Assembly: GCA_965207885.1 (NCBI GenBank)
Contig: OZ242311.1
Span: 5,952,001 to 6,016,000, forward strand
Direction of reading: 5' to 3'
Length of the DNA stretch: 64,000 nucleotides
From: Candidatus Latescibacterota bacterium
Lineage (GTDB): Bacteria; Latescibacterota; UBA2968
A program made the position numbers and the translations under genes. Shown here piece by piece: positions 47,957-58,723 of this stretch. Below the pieces are notes generated by a model. That model was not told the origin of the DNA. It did not search any database and saw only the letters and a list, made by a program, of their open reading frames with translations. How positions within the stretch are numbered: position 1 is the first letter of the stretch; each line of letters opens with the position of its first letter.

Positions 47957-48961
47957 TTACTTCTCCCCTCTTATCATTTTCTCAAAACTTTCCGTCATTT
48001 TTTCTACGAATCCATCTCCATGTCTTACAATCATAAATACGGCGAGGTTGTGTTTTTCTGCAAATGCAAATCCCTTTTTCGGTCCCATTACGTTGATTGC
48101 CGTGGCCAATCCATCGGCGTAGGCGCAGCTTTTGTGTAGTACTGTTACGGAGGCCAGGGCATGCGTTATTGGCCGCCCTGTGCGCGGGTCAATGGTGTGG
48201 GAATACCGTATGCCGTCGCGTTCAAAATAATTGTGGTAATCACCCGATGTCGCCATGGATATGTTGTCCAGGGCGAGTGCTTTTTGTAGTTCACCCTGTC
48301 CGGCTGGACTCGCGATGCCAATTCGCCAGAGTTGTCTCAGGTGATTGTGTCCCTTTGTCCGCAGTTCGCCGCCGATTTCGATAAAATAGTGATTGATGCC
48401 CAAACTGTCCAGATAACTCGCTATGCGATCTACACCAAATCCCTTGGCTATTGCGGATAAGTCGCAATAGATTTCAGGGATTTCTTTTTTTATGGTAGGA
48501 GCAGATAGATCGACGCGAATTTTTTCGTAGCCGACCAGCGCTCTGTGAGCGTTAATTGAGTCGGGCGATGGTACGCGCTCGGGGATGGCGTTGGGTCCAA
48601 AACCCCACAGGTTGACCAGCGGCCCAATGGTGACGTCAAACGCGCCATCAGACCAGGTGCTGATTTCTCGGGCGATGTGTAAAACATAAGCAAAGTCCGA
48701 TGAGACTGCAAACCAGTCTGTTGAAGGCGAGCGATTGAATTGGGTGATTTCGGAGTTGTCCCGATAAGTGGACATCTGGCGATTGACTTCTTCTAATCGA
48801 GCGAAAATTTCTTTGCTCAATACCTTCACGTCCAGAGTTATCTCACTTTGGACGATCTTGACCTGAAATGTCGTTCCCATCGTAGGACCGGAAATTGTCA
48901 CCAGCTGATCCTGACATCCGATTAACAGGATTGGAAATATCCATCGCCAAATTCTGTTCAT
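47957..48961 (-). CDS. apbE: FAD:protein FMN transferase (lipoprotein)
   Basis: LLIGC lipobox, TMGT, DLSAIAKGFGVD, ATSGDY, HTIDPRTG, ADGLATA. Confidence 0.96.
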   Translation of the reverse strand: MNRIWRWIFPILLIGCQDQLVTISGPTMGTTFQVKIVQSEITLDVKVLSKEIFARLEEVNRQMSTYRDNSEITQFNRSPSTDWFAVSSDFAYVLHIAREISTWSDGAFDVTIGPLVNLWGFGPNAIPERVPSPDSINAHRALVGYEKIRVDLSAPTIKKEIPEIYCDLSAIAKGFGVDRIASYLDSLGINHYFIEIGGELRTKGHNHLRQLWRIGIASPAGQGELQKALALDNISMATSGDYHNYFERDGIRYSHTIDPRTGRPITHALASVTVLHKSCAYADGLATAINVMGPKKGFAFAEKHNLAVFMIVRHGDGFVEKMTESFEKMIRGEK

Positions 48962-49155
48962 TTTCCTTCATATGCCCCGAATGTCGTGTTGAAAGCTGTG
49001 TCTCTCTATCTCAGGTATTAGCAGGTCTGAATGGGAATTGGGAATTATATTACGCACACTATACCCATCGCTTCACTTCAAAATACAATTTAAAATTTGA
49101 TCGCACTGTAAATATAAATAATTTCAATGGTTTATACAAGTATTATTAAACTTGT

Positions 49156-49184
49156 TTGACACGGCGTTTTGATCTCTTTATATT
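49156..49184 (+). promoter_or_regulatory. Sigma70 promoter for the CBS gene leader
   Basis: TTGACA-N17-TATATT. Confidence 0.7.
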
Positions 49185-49369
49185 CTCCAAAACAGCGAAT
49201 AATCCGACAATTCAATGAGGAGGTTGACGATGTTGCCCAAACCCGATTCATAGTTGGGTTGCAATAAAGTATTTGGTGGAGATTTTTCGGCATACAGCCT
49301 GTGCTTTTAGGCGGGTTTTGACAATTGACACGCACACAAGGAGGAGGGCCATGCCACCAACGAATTTAT

Positions 49370-49426
49370 GCGGCTCCGATGAGAAGTCATACTGTGAATC
49401 ACTTTTGATCGAGGCCGCTTTTTTTT
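49370..49426 (+). terminator. Terminator-like hairpin inside the CBS leader
   Basis: gcggc..cgat..aagt / actt..atcg..gccgc followed by T8. Confidence 0.55.
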
Positions 49427-49465
49427 CCCCAAACTCGTGGAACTTTTCCCCAAACTCATGGAGGT

Positions 49466-49915
49466 ATGATCATGACCATTCAAGATATTCTCGACCAAAA
49501 AGGTCGCCGCGTGATTACGATTGGCCCTTATCACACATTGGATGTGGTGCTGGCTACGCTGATTCAAAATAGCGTGGGTGCGCTTGTCGTGCAGAATCGA
49601 ATAGGAGATTTGCTCGGTATTATCACGGAGCGAGATCTGATGCGCGAGGTGTATAATGACGCGGATTTGCAGGCTGTGCGCGTTGAAGATGTGATGACGC
49701 GCGATCTTGTTACAAGCAATCCGGATTCCGATATTGAATATGTGATGGCAGCGATGACAGAGGGACGATTCCGGCACATGCCGATTGTTGACGAGGCGGG
49801 TCGTCTCGCTGGCATTGTGTCGATTGGCGATATTGTTAAGGCCAAGTTGGAATATGTTGAGGAAGAAGTGATGATATACAAGGACTTTGTCACGCTGGAT
49901 TGGCGGGCATCATAA
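49466..49915 (+). CDS. CBS-domain pair protein
   Basis: VGALVV, GIITERD, RFRHMPIVD, GIVSIGDIVK. Confidence 0.93.
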   Translation: MIMTIQDILDQKGRRVITIGPYHTLDVVLATLIQNSVGALVVQNRIGDLLGIITERDLMREVYNDADLQAVRVEDVMTRDLVTSNPDSDIEYVMAAMTEGRFRHMPIVDEAGRLAGIVSIGDIVKAKLEYVEEEVMIYKDFVTLDWRAS

Positions 49916-49948
49916 CACAGGAGGTTGATGTGTCTGAAGAACTACCCG

Positions 49949-49990
49949 AAAAAAAAGTCTTCGGTTGCTGGTGAACCGAAGACTTTTTTT
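49949..49990. terminator. Bidirectional terminator between the CBS gene and nqrF
   Basis: A8-gtcttcggtt-gctggtg-aaccgaagac-T7. Confidence 0.85.
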
Positions 49991-50009
49991 ATGTACTTTT
50001 TGAACTGGA

Positions 50010-51260
50010 TTATCCGCCAAAGTCGTCGAATAAGATATTCTCGGGTTCCACGCCCATATCGTCCAGCATATCCATGCAGGCCACTAACATCAGTGGGGGA
50101 CCGCAGATATAATATTCACAATCTTCAGGTGCCGGGTGATCTTTTAAGTACTCATCGTAGAGGACCTGGTGAATAAATCCGGTCAGGCCAGTCCAGTTGT
50201 CTTCCGGCATGGGGTCGGATAATGCCACATGCCATGTAAAGTTATCGAAATCGCGCTGCAATCCGTCGAAGTCATCGACATAGAACATTTCATTCAGGCT
50301 GCGCGCGCCATACCAGAAGGTTACTTTGCGGTCTGTCCCAATGCGTTTGAATTGATCGAAGATGTGCGACCGCATGGGCGCCATGCCAGCGCCGCCACCG
50401 ATGAAGATCATTTCGGCATCGGTTTCTTTGGCAAAGAACTCGCCGTAGGGTCCCGAAATGGTCACGTCATCGCCGGGTTTTAGATCAAAAGTCCACGACG
50501 ACATTTTGCCCGGTGGTATGCCCGTTGTGCCCGGAGGGGGAGATGCCACGCGGATGTTGAGCATGATGACCCCTTTTTCTTCGGGATAATTCGCCATTGA
50601 GTACGCGCGGAAGACGGGTTCATCTACTACCGAGACATTGTCCCATACATTGAAATGATCCCAGGTACTTTTAAAGCGGTCTTCCCCGTCGGCGGCTTTG
50701 ATGTCGAAGTCGCGGTAGTCAACGGTGTGGGGTGGACATTCGATTTGAATAAAACCACCGGCTCGGAACCCGACGTCTTCCCCTGGCGGCAGTTCGAGGA
50801 CGAGTTCTTTGATGAATGTGGCGACATTGTAATTTGAGAGCACTTTGCAGTCCCACTTTTTGATGCTAAATACTTCGGCGGGTACTTCGATATCCATATC
50901 GCCTTTCACTGTTACCTGGCACGAAAGCCGACACCCTTCCCGCGCTTCTTTGCGGTTGATGTGCGATCGTTCGGTGGCTAAGATATCGCCGCCGCCTTCG
51001 CTGATCGTCACTTTGCACTGTCCACAGGTGCCGCCTCCGCCGCATGCGGAGGATACAAAAATTTTATTGTCGGCCAATGTGTTGAGCAATTTGCCGCCCA
51101 TGGGAACCGAAATGCTGTGGTCGGGATCGTCGTTGATGGTGATGTGAGCCTGTCCCGAGGCAACCAATCGCGATCTGGCAATGAGTATAACCGCTACCAG
51201 CATCAGTACAATGGTGGTAAACATCCCTACACTGAGTAAAATTAGCCTTACGTCTTCCAT
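50010..51260 (-). CDS. nqrF: Na+-NQR subunit F
   Basis: [12 protein letters not shown] 2Fe-2S motif, [26 protein letters not shown]. Confidence 0.98.
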   Translation of the reverse strand: MEDVRLILLSVGMFTTIVLMLVAVILIARSRLVASGQAHITINDDPDHSISVPMGGKLLNTLADNKIFVSSACGGGGTCGQCKVTISEGGGDILATERSHINRKEAREGCRLSCQVTVKGDMDIEVPAEVFSIKKWDCKVLSNYNVATFIKELVLELPPGEDVGFRAGGFIQIECPPHTVDYRDFDIKAADGEDRFKSTWDHFNVWDNVSVVDEPVFRAYSMANYPEEKGVIMLNIRVASPPPGTTGIPPGKMSSWTFDLKPGDDVTISGPYGEFFAKETDAEMIFIGGGAGMAPMRSHIFDQFKRIGTDRKVTFWYGARSLNEMFYVDDFDGLQRDFDNFTWHVALSDPMPEDNWTGLTGFIHQVLYDEYLKDHPAPEDCEYYICGPPLMLVACMDMLDDMGVEPENILFDDFGG

Positions 51261-51283
51261 ATTATCTCCACGCTTGCCTGGAT

Positions 51284-51895
51284 CTAAAGTTGAATCCCCG
51301 AAAAGAGCATAAATGCCATTGCCATCAATCCTACGGTCATAAATGTAATGCCCAGCCCACGCAATGCAGGTGGGACATTGCTGTATTTCATTTTTTCGCG
51401 TATGCCCGCCAGTCCGACTATGGCGAGCGCCCAGCCCGTGCCACTGCCCAGTCCAAAGACGACGCTTTCTGAAAAGTTAAAGTCGCGCTCGACCATGAGT
51501 AGCGAACCGCCCAGGATGGCACAGTTCACTGTGATGAGCGGCAAGAATATGCCCAGGGCGTTGTACAGGGTGGGTACGTATTTGTCCAGTACCATTTCCA
51601 GAATTTGAATCATCGCGGCGATGACGCCGATATATGTGACCAGGCCCAAAAATGTGAGATCCACATTTGGCAAACCCGCCCAGGCGAGCGCGCCTTCGGT
51701 CAGGACATGGGTAAAAATGAGGTTGTTGATCGGCACTGTAATCGTCTGCACCACGATCACCGCAATGCCCAGTCCGACAGCGGTTGCCACCTGTTTGGAG
51801 ACGGCGAGATATGTACACATGCCCAGGAAGAAAGCGAGGGCCATATTTTCGACAAAAACGGCTTTGACAAATAAGCTGATATAGTGTTCGGCCAT
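51284..51895 (-). CDS. nqrE: Na+-NQR subunit E
   Basis: [28 protein letters not shown]. Confidence 0.97.
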   Translation of the reverse strand: MAEHYISLFVKAVFVENMALAFFLGMCTYLAVSKQVATAVGLGIAVIVVQTITVPINNLIFTHVLTEGALAWAGLPNVDLTFLGLVTYIGVIAAMIQILEMVLDKYVPTLYNALGIFLPLITVNCAILGGSLLMVERDFNFSESVVFGLGSGTGWALAIVGLAGIREKMKYSNVPPALRGLGITFMTVGLMAMAFMLFSGIQL

Positions 51896-51896
51896 T

Positions 51897-52580
51897 TTAA
51901 TCCTCTTCCACTTGCTCGGGTTTCCACGCTCGCACAACCCAGATGAAGAACCCGATTAAGAAAAACGCACTCGGCGATAATAACATCAAGCCGTTGGGCA
52001 TGTACCAGCCGCCTTCGGTGACGAGTGGCAAAACGTCAACGCCCAGAAGTTTACCCGATCCCAACAGTTCGCGGAAAAAACCCACCACAATTAAGATGGT
52101 GCTGTAACCAAATCCATTTCCCAGGCCATCTAATAAGCTGTGCGTGGGGGGATTTTTCATTGCAAATCCTTCGGCACGTCCCATGATGATGCAGTTGGTA
52201 ATGATCAGGCCGACAAAGATCGACAACTGCTTGGATATATTGTAAGCAAATGCCTGGATAGCTTCGTCGGCGATAATCACAAGCGCGGCAATAATGGTCA
52301 TTTGAACGATGATGCGCACGCTGGATGGAATGTGATTTCTGATCAGGCTTACCGATATATTGGAAAGCGCCATAACAAAAATGACCGCCATAGACATGAC
52401 GATTGAGGTTTCCAGCTTTGTGGTTACCGCGAGTGCCGAACAAACTCCCAATACCTGACGCCCGATGGGGTTGTCATCAAAGACGGGCGTCCATAACAGG
52501 CTTTTGGCTTCTTTCGCCGTCAGAGACGGAGATGGTGGCACTTCTGGCGCTTGTTCTTCCCGTTCGATTACTTCAGCCAC
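51897..52580 (-). CDS. nqrD: Na+-NQR subunit D
   Basis: [24 protein letters not shown]; GTG start after GGAGGT. Confidence 0.97.
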   Translation of the reverse strand: MAEVIEREEQAPEVPPSPSLTAKEAKSLLWTPVFDDNPIGRQVLGVCSALAVTTKLETSIVMSMAVIFVMALSNISVSLIRNHIPSSVRIIVQMTIIAALVIIADEAIQAFAYNISKQLSIFVGLIITNCIIMGRAEGFAMKNPPTHSLLDGLGNGFGYSTILIVVGFFRELLGSGKLLGVDVLPLVTEGGWYMPNGLMLLSPSAFFLIGFFIWVVRAWKPEQVEED

Positions 52581-53370
52581 GAACACCTCCTTGTTTCAGG
52601 GTGTCTAAAAATCGACCGTATCCTTCGTTGCCCAACCAATATTTGAGCATGCTGTCTAATCCCCGCGTGGTGATGGTCGCCCCCGAGAGGCCATCGACCT
52701 GATATTTTGCTTTTACACTTTTGGGATTTACCTGGCCTTTGATTACGGAGATGGCGACATTGCCCGCATCGTCATAAGCCTGTTTGCCCGGCCATAATCC
52801 CTTCCATCTGGCGTTATCCACCTCGCCACCCAATCCCGGGGTTTCGCCGTGTTCGTAAAATGTGATGCCCTGAATGCTTTGCAGGTCATTGCCCAGAGAT
52901 ACAAAGCCGTAGAGCGTGGACCAGAGGCCATAGCCGTAGATGGGCAAGATAATGCGCTGCAATTTGTCGTTTTCCATCACTTTATAGACGAAGATGTATT
53001 TCGGACGGTTGCGAATATTTGCAATGTCTCTATCCGCATCAACAGAACGCCCAAAAGTGGGGTCGGCGGCCATTTTCTTTAAGTCATACGTATCTATGTC
53101 GATGCCAGCGGGATATTCTTCAGTGTTCAAGATCTGCCCCGTGTCCAGTTCAATAAGCAGTGGTACGACTTTATTTTCGTAAACGGACTGGACATCGACC
53201 GAGGGATCGTACAATCCACCCGCAATCAGAATATTTTTTACTTTGTCGAGGCGTTTGTTTTCTTTTTGGATATCGTGTAAGGACACAGCAGTCAGAGAAA
53301 CAAAAAGAGAACAGACGAGACAGAGGGCCACCGCAACAAAGATCGTTTTTTGGATGCTGTCATTCTGCAC
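52573..53370 (-). CDS. nqrC: Na+-NQR subunit C
   Basis: [15 protein letters not shown] attachment site DGLSGAT. Confidence 0.97.
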   Translation of the reverse strand: MQNDSIQKTIFVAVALCLVCSLFVSLTAVSLHDIQKENKRLDKVKNILIAGGLYDPSVDVQSVYENKVVPLLIELDTGQILNTEEYPAGIDIDTYDLKKMAADPTFGRSVDADRDIANIRNRPKYIFVYKVMENDKLQRIILPIYGYGLWSTLYGFVSLGNDLQSIQGITFYEHGETPGLGGEVDNARWKGLWPGKQAYDDAGNVAISVIKGQVNPKSVKAKYQVDGLSGATITTRGLDSMLKYWLGNEGYGRFLDTLKQGGVRG

Positions 53371-54559
53371 GGGCCAGTCTCCTTTGGATATTGCGGTTGA
53401 TAAAGACGCGGTCGATGATGGGCGCGAATACGTTGGCGAATAATATGGCCAGCATGATGCCTTCGGGATAGGCCGGGTTGGTCACGCGGATCAATACTGT
53501 CATGACGCCTATTAAGATGCCATAGATCCATTTGCCCTGGCGCGTCATGGTTGCGCTGACTGGATCGGTTGCCATAAATACCGTGCCAAATGCAAAGCCG
53601 CCGATGACAAAATGCCAGGCTGGAGATACGTTGAGTAGCGGATTGGTGGTGCTGCCGATCCAGTTGAAGAATAGTGCAGATACAATCATGCCGATGGTTA
53701 CACCGGCCATGATTTGCCACGAGCCAACGCGGGTTAATATCAAAACGCCTGCGCCCAATAAACAGCAAAGGGTTGAGGTTTCTCCCATGGATCCCGGAAT
53801 AAGACCGATAAAGGACTCCCACCATGTGTAATCCAGCTGGATATGGGTATCGGCATAGGCCGCCAATGGCGTTGCCTGGCTATATCCATCGACGGCGATC
53901 CAGACTGCATCGCCCGAGATTTGCGCGGGATAGGCAAAATAGAGAAATGCGCGGCCCGTGAGCGCGGGGTTTAAGAAGTTCATTCCCACGCCGCCGAAAA
54001 TTTCTTTGCCTATTACAACGCCAAAGATGATGCCTATGGCAACTTGCCACAGGGGTATCAGGGGCGGCATTGTGAGGGGGAATAGCGTGCTGGTGACGAG
54101 AAATCCCTCGTTGATCTCGTGTTTGCGGATGACTGCGAAGATGGCTTCGCAGATGCCGCCTGCGGCTATGGTTACGAGTTGTACGGGTACAAAATAAATG
54201 GCGCCTATCGCAAAACAACTGATTATATCGGAGGGCAGGAAAGACAAGCCCAGTGCCTGGGCGATCCAGATGTGCCAATCGCCAGTGCCGATTGCGCCGA
54301 TGTTTTGATAGGCCAGGCTCGCTTGCAAGCCCGTGTTGTACAGGGCGAATAAAATACAGGGTTGTAGCGAAAGGACGACTGTGATCATCATGCGCTTCAG
54401 GTCCATGCCGTCGCGCACATGGGCATCGGCCTGAGTGACTTCGCCGGGGGTATATAAAAATGTATCTCCGGCTTCGTAAAACGGATACAGTTTTTCGAGT
54501 TTGCCGCCTTCTTCGAAGTGTTCGGCCTGTTTGTCCAATAAATCGCGTAGGGGCTTCAC
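53360..54559 (-). CDS. nqrB: Na+-NQR subunit B
   Basis: [15 protein letters not shown] site [21 protein letters not shown]. Confidence 0.98.
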   Translation of the reverse strand: MKPLRDLLDKQAEHFEEGGKLEKLYPFYEAGDTFLYTPGEVTQADAHVRDGMDLKRMMITVVLSLQPCILFALYNTGLQASLAYQNIGAIGTGDWHIWIAQALGLSFLPSDIISCFAIGAIYFVPVQLVTIAAGGICEAIFAVIRKHEINEGFLVTSTLFPLTMPPLIPLWQVAIGIIFGVVIGKEIFGGVGMNFLNPALTGRAFLYFAYPAQISGDAVWIAVDGYSQATPLAAYADTHIQLDYTWWESFIGLIPGSMGETSTLCCLLGAGVLILTRVGSWQIMAGVTIGMIVSALFFNWIGSTTNPLLNVSPAWHFVIGGFAFGTVFMATDPVSATMTRQGKWIYGILIGVMTVLIRVTNPAYPEGIMLAILFANVFAPIIDRVFINRNIQRRLARAE

Positions 54560-55911
54560 TATCCTTCCTTTTCAATTTCGGTGAGATTTTCGCGCAAAAT
54601 AGGTCCAAAGTCCATTTTTGATGAGCACGAAAATGTGCATAGTGATAGGTCTTCTTCCTCCAATTCCAGTATGCCGAGTTTTTCGGCGTCGTCGAGGTCG
54701 CGGGTCACGAGTGCCCGAATCAAAAAGTTGGGCAAGATGTCCAGCGGCATGACGTCGTCGTAATTGCCATGCGGCACGAGTGCGCGATGGCTGCCATTGG
54801 TGGAGGTGTTTAATTTGAGGCGTTGGCCAAAGAACATTTTGGACAGTGCCAGGTTCTTGATGGTGAAAAATTCGAATCCCGGCGTGATCCAGCCCAAAAA
54901 GGCGCGTTTGTTGCCTTCTTCCAGTGCGGTAATTTGCTGGTGATACCGCCCCAAAAAGGCGCGGGTTTCATCTGCTTTGCGCCCGGAGAGAACAGAGCCG
55001 CTGATGATTCGGTTTTCGACGTTTTCGAGTTCGCCTTCTATCAGGTCTATTATTGAAGCTCCCAGACGGGTGCGGATCAATTTGGGGTGTTTCACGGTGG
55101 GGCCGCTCAGAGCGACTATGCGTTCGGTCATAATCCGCCCGGTTGTGAACAGATACCCCCATGCTATGACGTCCTGAAGGCCGATGTGCCAGACTGTTTT
55201 GTTGCGGTGAACGGGGTCTAAGAAGTGGATGTGCGTGCCGACCAATCCAGCGGGGTGCGGTCCAGTAAATTCTTCGATCTGTACGCGGTCGTCGTCGATT
55301 TCGGGCAGGTCCAACTCCGGGTCTCTGCAGAGAAAGATCGTCCCATCTACGAGTTTTGAGATGATTTTCAAGCCCAATGCGAGATTTTTTTCCTGTCCAG
55401 CCAATACACGCGCCATGTCAGGGGATAGGGGGTTGGTATCCATCGCGTTGACAAAGATGGATCGGGGTTCTGTCGCGGGGTCGGCTACCTTGCCAAATGG
55501 CCGCGCTCTCAAGGCGGTCCACTGTCCCGATGAGATGAGTTGTTCTTTGACTGTTTCCCGGTCCAGGTTGTCGATTTCGTCTGCTCGATGGGATTCAAAG
55601 GTAACTTCATCGTTGCCTTCCAGGCGGATGACCGTTGATAAGAAGGCGCGTTTTATTCCCCGGTTTATGGAGATTACTTCGCCTGCACCGGGTGAGGTGT
55701 AAAGAACACCTTCCATTTTTTTGTCGGTGAACAATACATCGCCGAGTTTGACGCGGTCTCCCACTTGAGCCACGATTGTGGGACGCATGCCCACATAATC
55801 TTCACCTGAGAGTGCTACGGTCTGGACTGGCTTGCCATTTTGTACTGTGGATTGATCGGGTACGCCGCTAATGGGAAGGTCGAGTCCTTGTTTAATTTTT
55901 GTCAATGCCAT
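54559..55911 (-). CDS. nqrA: Na+-NQR subunit A
   Basis: [38 protein letters not shown]. Confidence 0.97.
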   Translation of the reverse strand: MALTKIKQGLDLPISGVPDQSTVQNGKPVQTVALSGEDYVGMRPTIVAQVGDRVKLGDVLFTDKKMEGVLYTSPGAGEVISINRGIKRAFLSTVIRLEGNDEVTFESHRADEIDNLDRETVKEQLISSGQWTALRARPFGKVADPATEPRSIFVNAMDTNPLSPDMARVLAGQEKNLALGLKIISKLVDGTIFLCRDPELDLPEIDDDRVQIEEFTGPHPAGLVGTHIHFLDPVHRNKTVWHIGLQDVIAWGYLFTTGRIMTERIVALSGPTVKHPKLIRTRLGASIIDLIEGELENVENRIISGSVLSGRKADETRAFLGRYHQQITALEEGNKRAFLGWITPGFEFFTIKNLALSKMFFGQRLKLNTSTNGSHRALVPHGNYDDVMPLDILPNFLIRALVTRDLDDAEKLGILELEEEDLSLCTFSCSSKMDFGPILRENLTEIEKEG

Positions 55912-56143
55912 TATGGTCCTCAATTTTTCCAATAAAAAAAGCAACCACAACTGTCAAATAGCCTTAATAAACAAGGGGGAGGACAGACAGTGCAGTTGCT
56001 ATTTTGCAGGTGCTATGAGCACCTGCATGCATTGGAAACAAATCCATCGTAATCCAGATAAAGAACAGATGTGTTGTTCAAAAATGCAATAGTTTTCTTG
56101 TTTGCGAATAAATTTATTATAAGCGTTTTTAATTGTCAAGCAA
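55912..56143 (-). promoter_or_regulatory. nqrA promoter and structured leader with terminator-like element
   Basis: TATAAT at 56121-56116; perfect hairpin 56005-56027; agcaac..ctgtc/gacag..gttgct plus U7 at 56000-55934. Confidence 0.5.
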
Positions 56144-56326
56144 AAGGCGTTGTGTCAGGGGAAATAAATTGTGTGAGGGTTTTCATGGTACAGGAAGGGA
56201 ACCCGTATGTTCCCCAATTCGTTATAAAGTTCAATAGAAGATTTGCACTTGTGCAAATGGGGCGAATAGGGTATTTATGAGAGCGGTGGGAAGATTCTCG
56301 AAAACTTTTACAGACATGGATGCGAT

Positions 56327-58672
56327 GTGAAACACACGATACTCAATTTGTGGATTATTTTGTTTCTGATATTACCTGGGCGGGCGACTTCAGAGGTGGT
56401 GGATTCGCTGTCTGTTTTGGAAGAGGCTGTGAAAGTTGCGCCAAAAGATGGCGATGCATGGGTTGTGTTGGGCAATTTGTATCTCAATGCTGGGGAGATT
56501 GAGAAGGCTGATAATGCATTTCGCAAAGGGATTCGGTATGCCGGGACGGCAGAAGCTTATGTGGGGTTGGGGCGGGCGTATATGGCGCGGGGACGGACGC
56601 GGGCGCGACAGGGGTTGCCGTATTTTCGGATGGCGCGGGCAAAGGATCCGAAGTCGATAGATGCCGAGTTGTATCTGGCGCGGGCAAAGGTGATGCTGCG
56701 CGATCTGGATGCTGAGGATGCGTTTCGCCGAGTGATTGCAATAGCACCGGATTACGCGCCGGTGTATCTGGAATTGGCGAATTGGTATGTGAATAACAAT
56801 TATGAAATGTATTACGGCGAGATTCGCCTGCTGTACGAAAAGTATCTGAGACTGAGGCCGGGTGATGTCGAGGCGCTCTACGGATTGGCGGTGTCTTATA
56901 CGGAGGAGCACGAGTATCGGAATGTAGTCGAGATTGGCGAGACGGCGTTGGCGAAGAATCCGGGTGAAGCGCGATTGTTGGCGCTGCTTGCACAAGCTTA
57001 TGCAGGTCTGGGTGATCCGGATCGGGCGTTGGCGTTGTTCGCGCAGTATTTCGATGTGATTCCGGCAGAAGAACGGGTGCTTTACAAAGATTTGCAGTTG
57101 GTGGCAAGGCCGGAGGAGTTGCAAGAATATGAATTGCTGCCAGAAGATGAGCGCGCCGCGTTTTTGACGACGTTTTGGCGCAAGCGCGATTTGACCCTGA
57201 TATCGGGTGGTCTTGCGCGAGAGGCAGAGCACTATCGTCGGGTGTGGTTCGCGCGGACGCATTTTGCAAAAGCCGTGCAGCCGTGGGACAGGCGCGGCGA
57301 GGTGTATATTCGGTATGGAGAGCCGGATTATCGGTCGCGTTCACACGCGCCCAATGCGGTGCCGAGTGCCGAGGCTGAGGCGGTGAAGGAGCGATTGGCT
57401 CTGGATATTGAGGGTGATTTTGTGGCGTCGGGTGAAATGACTGCGGAGTCGTTTTTTGGCGGTGTGGAGGATGAACAGCCAGTTGGGGATTACGAGGGTG
57501 TTAATCTAATTGAACCGGTTTATCCCGTGACTTTTAACGAGCGGTCAATGCCGTGGGAGTCGTGGATTTACACGCAAGTTGGCGGTGGTGTGGAGTTTGT
57601 GTTTGTGGATGAGTTGCTCAATGGCAAGTGGCAGTTTCCCCCGCTGCCAGATGGTACGCGTATGTCGGGCGAGCGGTTGTCCGCGCTTTTGCGAATCCAT
57701 CCGGGCGCGGTGTTGAACGATGTGGTGGCTTCCACACCGGAGTATTTTGATTTGCCGCCGGGGATTGAACCGCTGGCGTTTTATTACGATGTGGCGCGCT
57801 TTAGAGGAGAAGAGGGCAAGACCGGGGTCGAGGTGTATTACGGGGTGCCGACGCTGGAGGTGGGTATTGAGAATGAGAACGGGCATGTGCGCCGTTCAGT
57901 GGTGATTTCAGACGATGAGGGTGAGGAGGTGTTTCGGACGCGGGATGATTTGTATTTTGGGGGTATTGATTCCGGGCAGTTGAAGAGAGGGACATTTGTG
58001 CCCGATGTGGCTTATCTGGAAGTGCCACCTGGTACCTATCGCATGGCGGTGCATTTGGCTGATGTAAATTCGGGTAAGTGGGGGGTTTATGTGCAGGATC
58101 TGGAAGCGCCGGTATTTTCCGATTCACTGGCGATGAGCGATCTGGAACTGGCGTGGTCCATTGGTGATGAGGAGAGGTTTCACGACAAGTACCTCAAGGG
58201 CGATGTGTGGGTGATGCCCATGCCGTCGCGCAGTTTTGTGAATGATCGCAGTGTGTTCGTTTATTACGAGGTCTATAATTTGCAACGCGATGAATTTGGG
58301 CAGACGCGATACAAGGTGTCCTATACGATCCAGCAGGATGTGCGGTCGGGGTCTTCGATTTTTGGGCTGTTGAGTGGGGGATTCAAAAGATTGATGGCGA
58401 GGGGTAGAAAGCCACAGGTGGCGGTGAGTTATGAGCATGTGGGGCGAGATGTGTGGGAGCCGATCCATCTGGAGCTGGATTCAAAGAAGATGATCCTGGG
58501 CCTCAATCAGGTTGAGGTTGAAGTGACGGATTTGTCGAGTGGTCAATCTGTGAAGCGCGAGGCTATTTTTAGATTGGAATCACCGCCAGTGGCCGAGAGA
58601 CAACGGCGAATTCAGGGCGATGATGTGCGACAGGGCAGGCGCGGGAGACGGGGGGTGAACGATGAGAGGTGA
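56327..58672 (+). CDS. TPR-repeat and GWxTD-domain exported protein
   Basis: Signal peptide, TPR repeats, FWRKRD..EHYRRV..F..WDRRGEVYIRYGEPD, WESWIY. Confidence 0.85.
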   Translation: MKHTILNLWIILFLILPGRATSEVVDSLSVLEEAVKVAPKDGDAWVVLGNLYLNAGEIEKADNAFRKGIRYAGTAEAYVGLGRAYMARGRTRARQGLPYFRMARAKDPKSIDAELYLARAKVMLRDLDAEDAFRRVIAIAPDYAPVYLELANWYVNNNYEMYYGEIRLLYEKYLRLRPGDVEALYGLAVSYTEEHEYRNVVEIGETALAKNPGEARLLALLAQAYAGLGDPDRALALFAQYFDVIPAEERVLYKDLQLVARPEELQEYELLPEDERAAFLTTFWRKRDLTLISGGLAREAEHYRRVWFARTHFAKAVQPWDRRGEVYIRYGEPDYRSRSHAPNAVPSAEAEAVKERLALDIEGDFVASGEMTAESFFGGVEDEQPVGDYEGVNLIEPVYPVTFNERSMPWESWIYTQVGGGVEFVFVDELLNGKWQFPPLPDGTRMSGERLSALLRIHPGAVLNDVVASTPEYFDLPPGIEPLAFYYDVARFRGEEGKTGVEVYYGVPTLEVGIENENGHVRRSVVISDDEGEEVFRTRDDLYFGGIDSGQLKRGTFVPDVAYLEVPPGTYRMAVHLADVNSGKWGVYVQDLEAPVFSDSLAMSDLELAWSIGDEERFHDKYLKGDVWVMPMPSRSFVNDRSVFVYYEVYNLQRDEFGQTRYKVSYTIQQDVRSGSSIFGLLSGGFKRLMARGRKPQVAVSYEHVGRDVWEPIHLELDSKKMILGLNQVEVEVTDLSSGQSVKREAIFRLESPPVAERQRRIQGDDVRQGRRGRRGVNDER

Positions 58673-58691
58673 AGTTTTAGAGAAAAGCGAG

Positions 58692-58723
58692 AGGCGATCA
58701 CATAATTGTGATCGCCTTTTTTT
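58692..58723 (+). terminator. Intrinsic terminator
   Basis: aggcgatcaca-taat-tgtgatcgcct followed by a T-tract. Confidence 0.8.

Noticed and set aside
56390-57344. Two long minus-strand ORFs (290 and 286 aa)
   Set aside because: Shadows of the TPR/GWxTD gene
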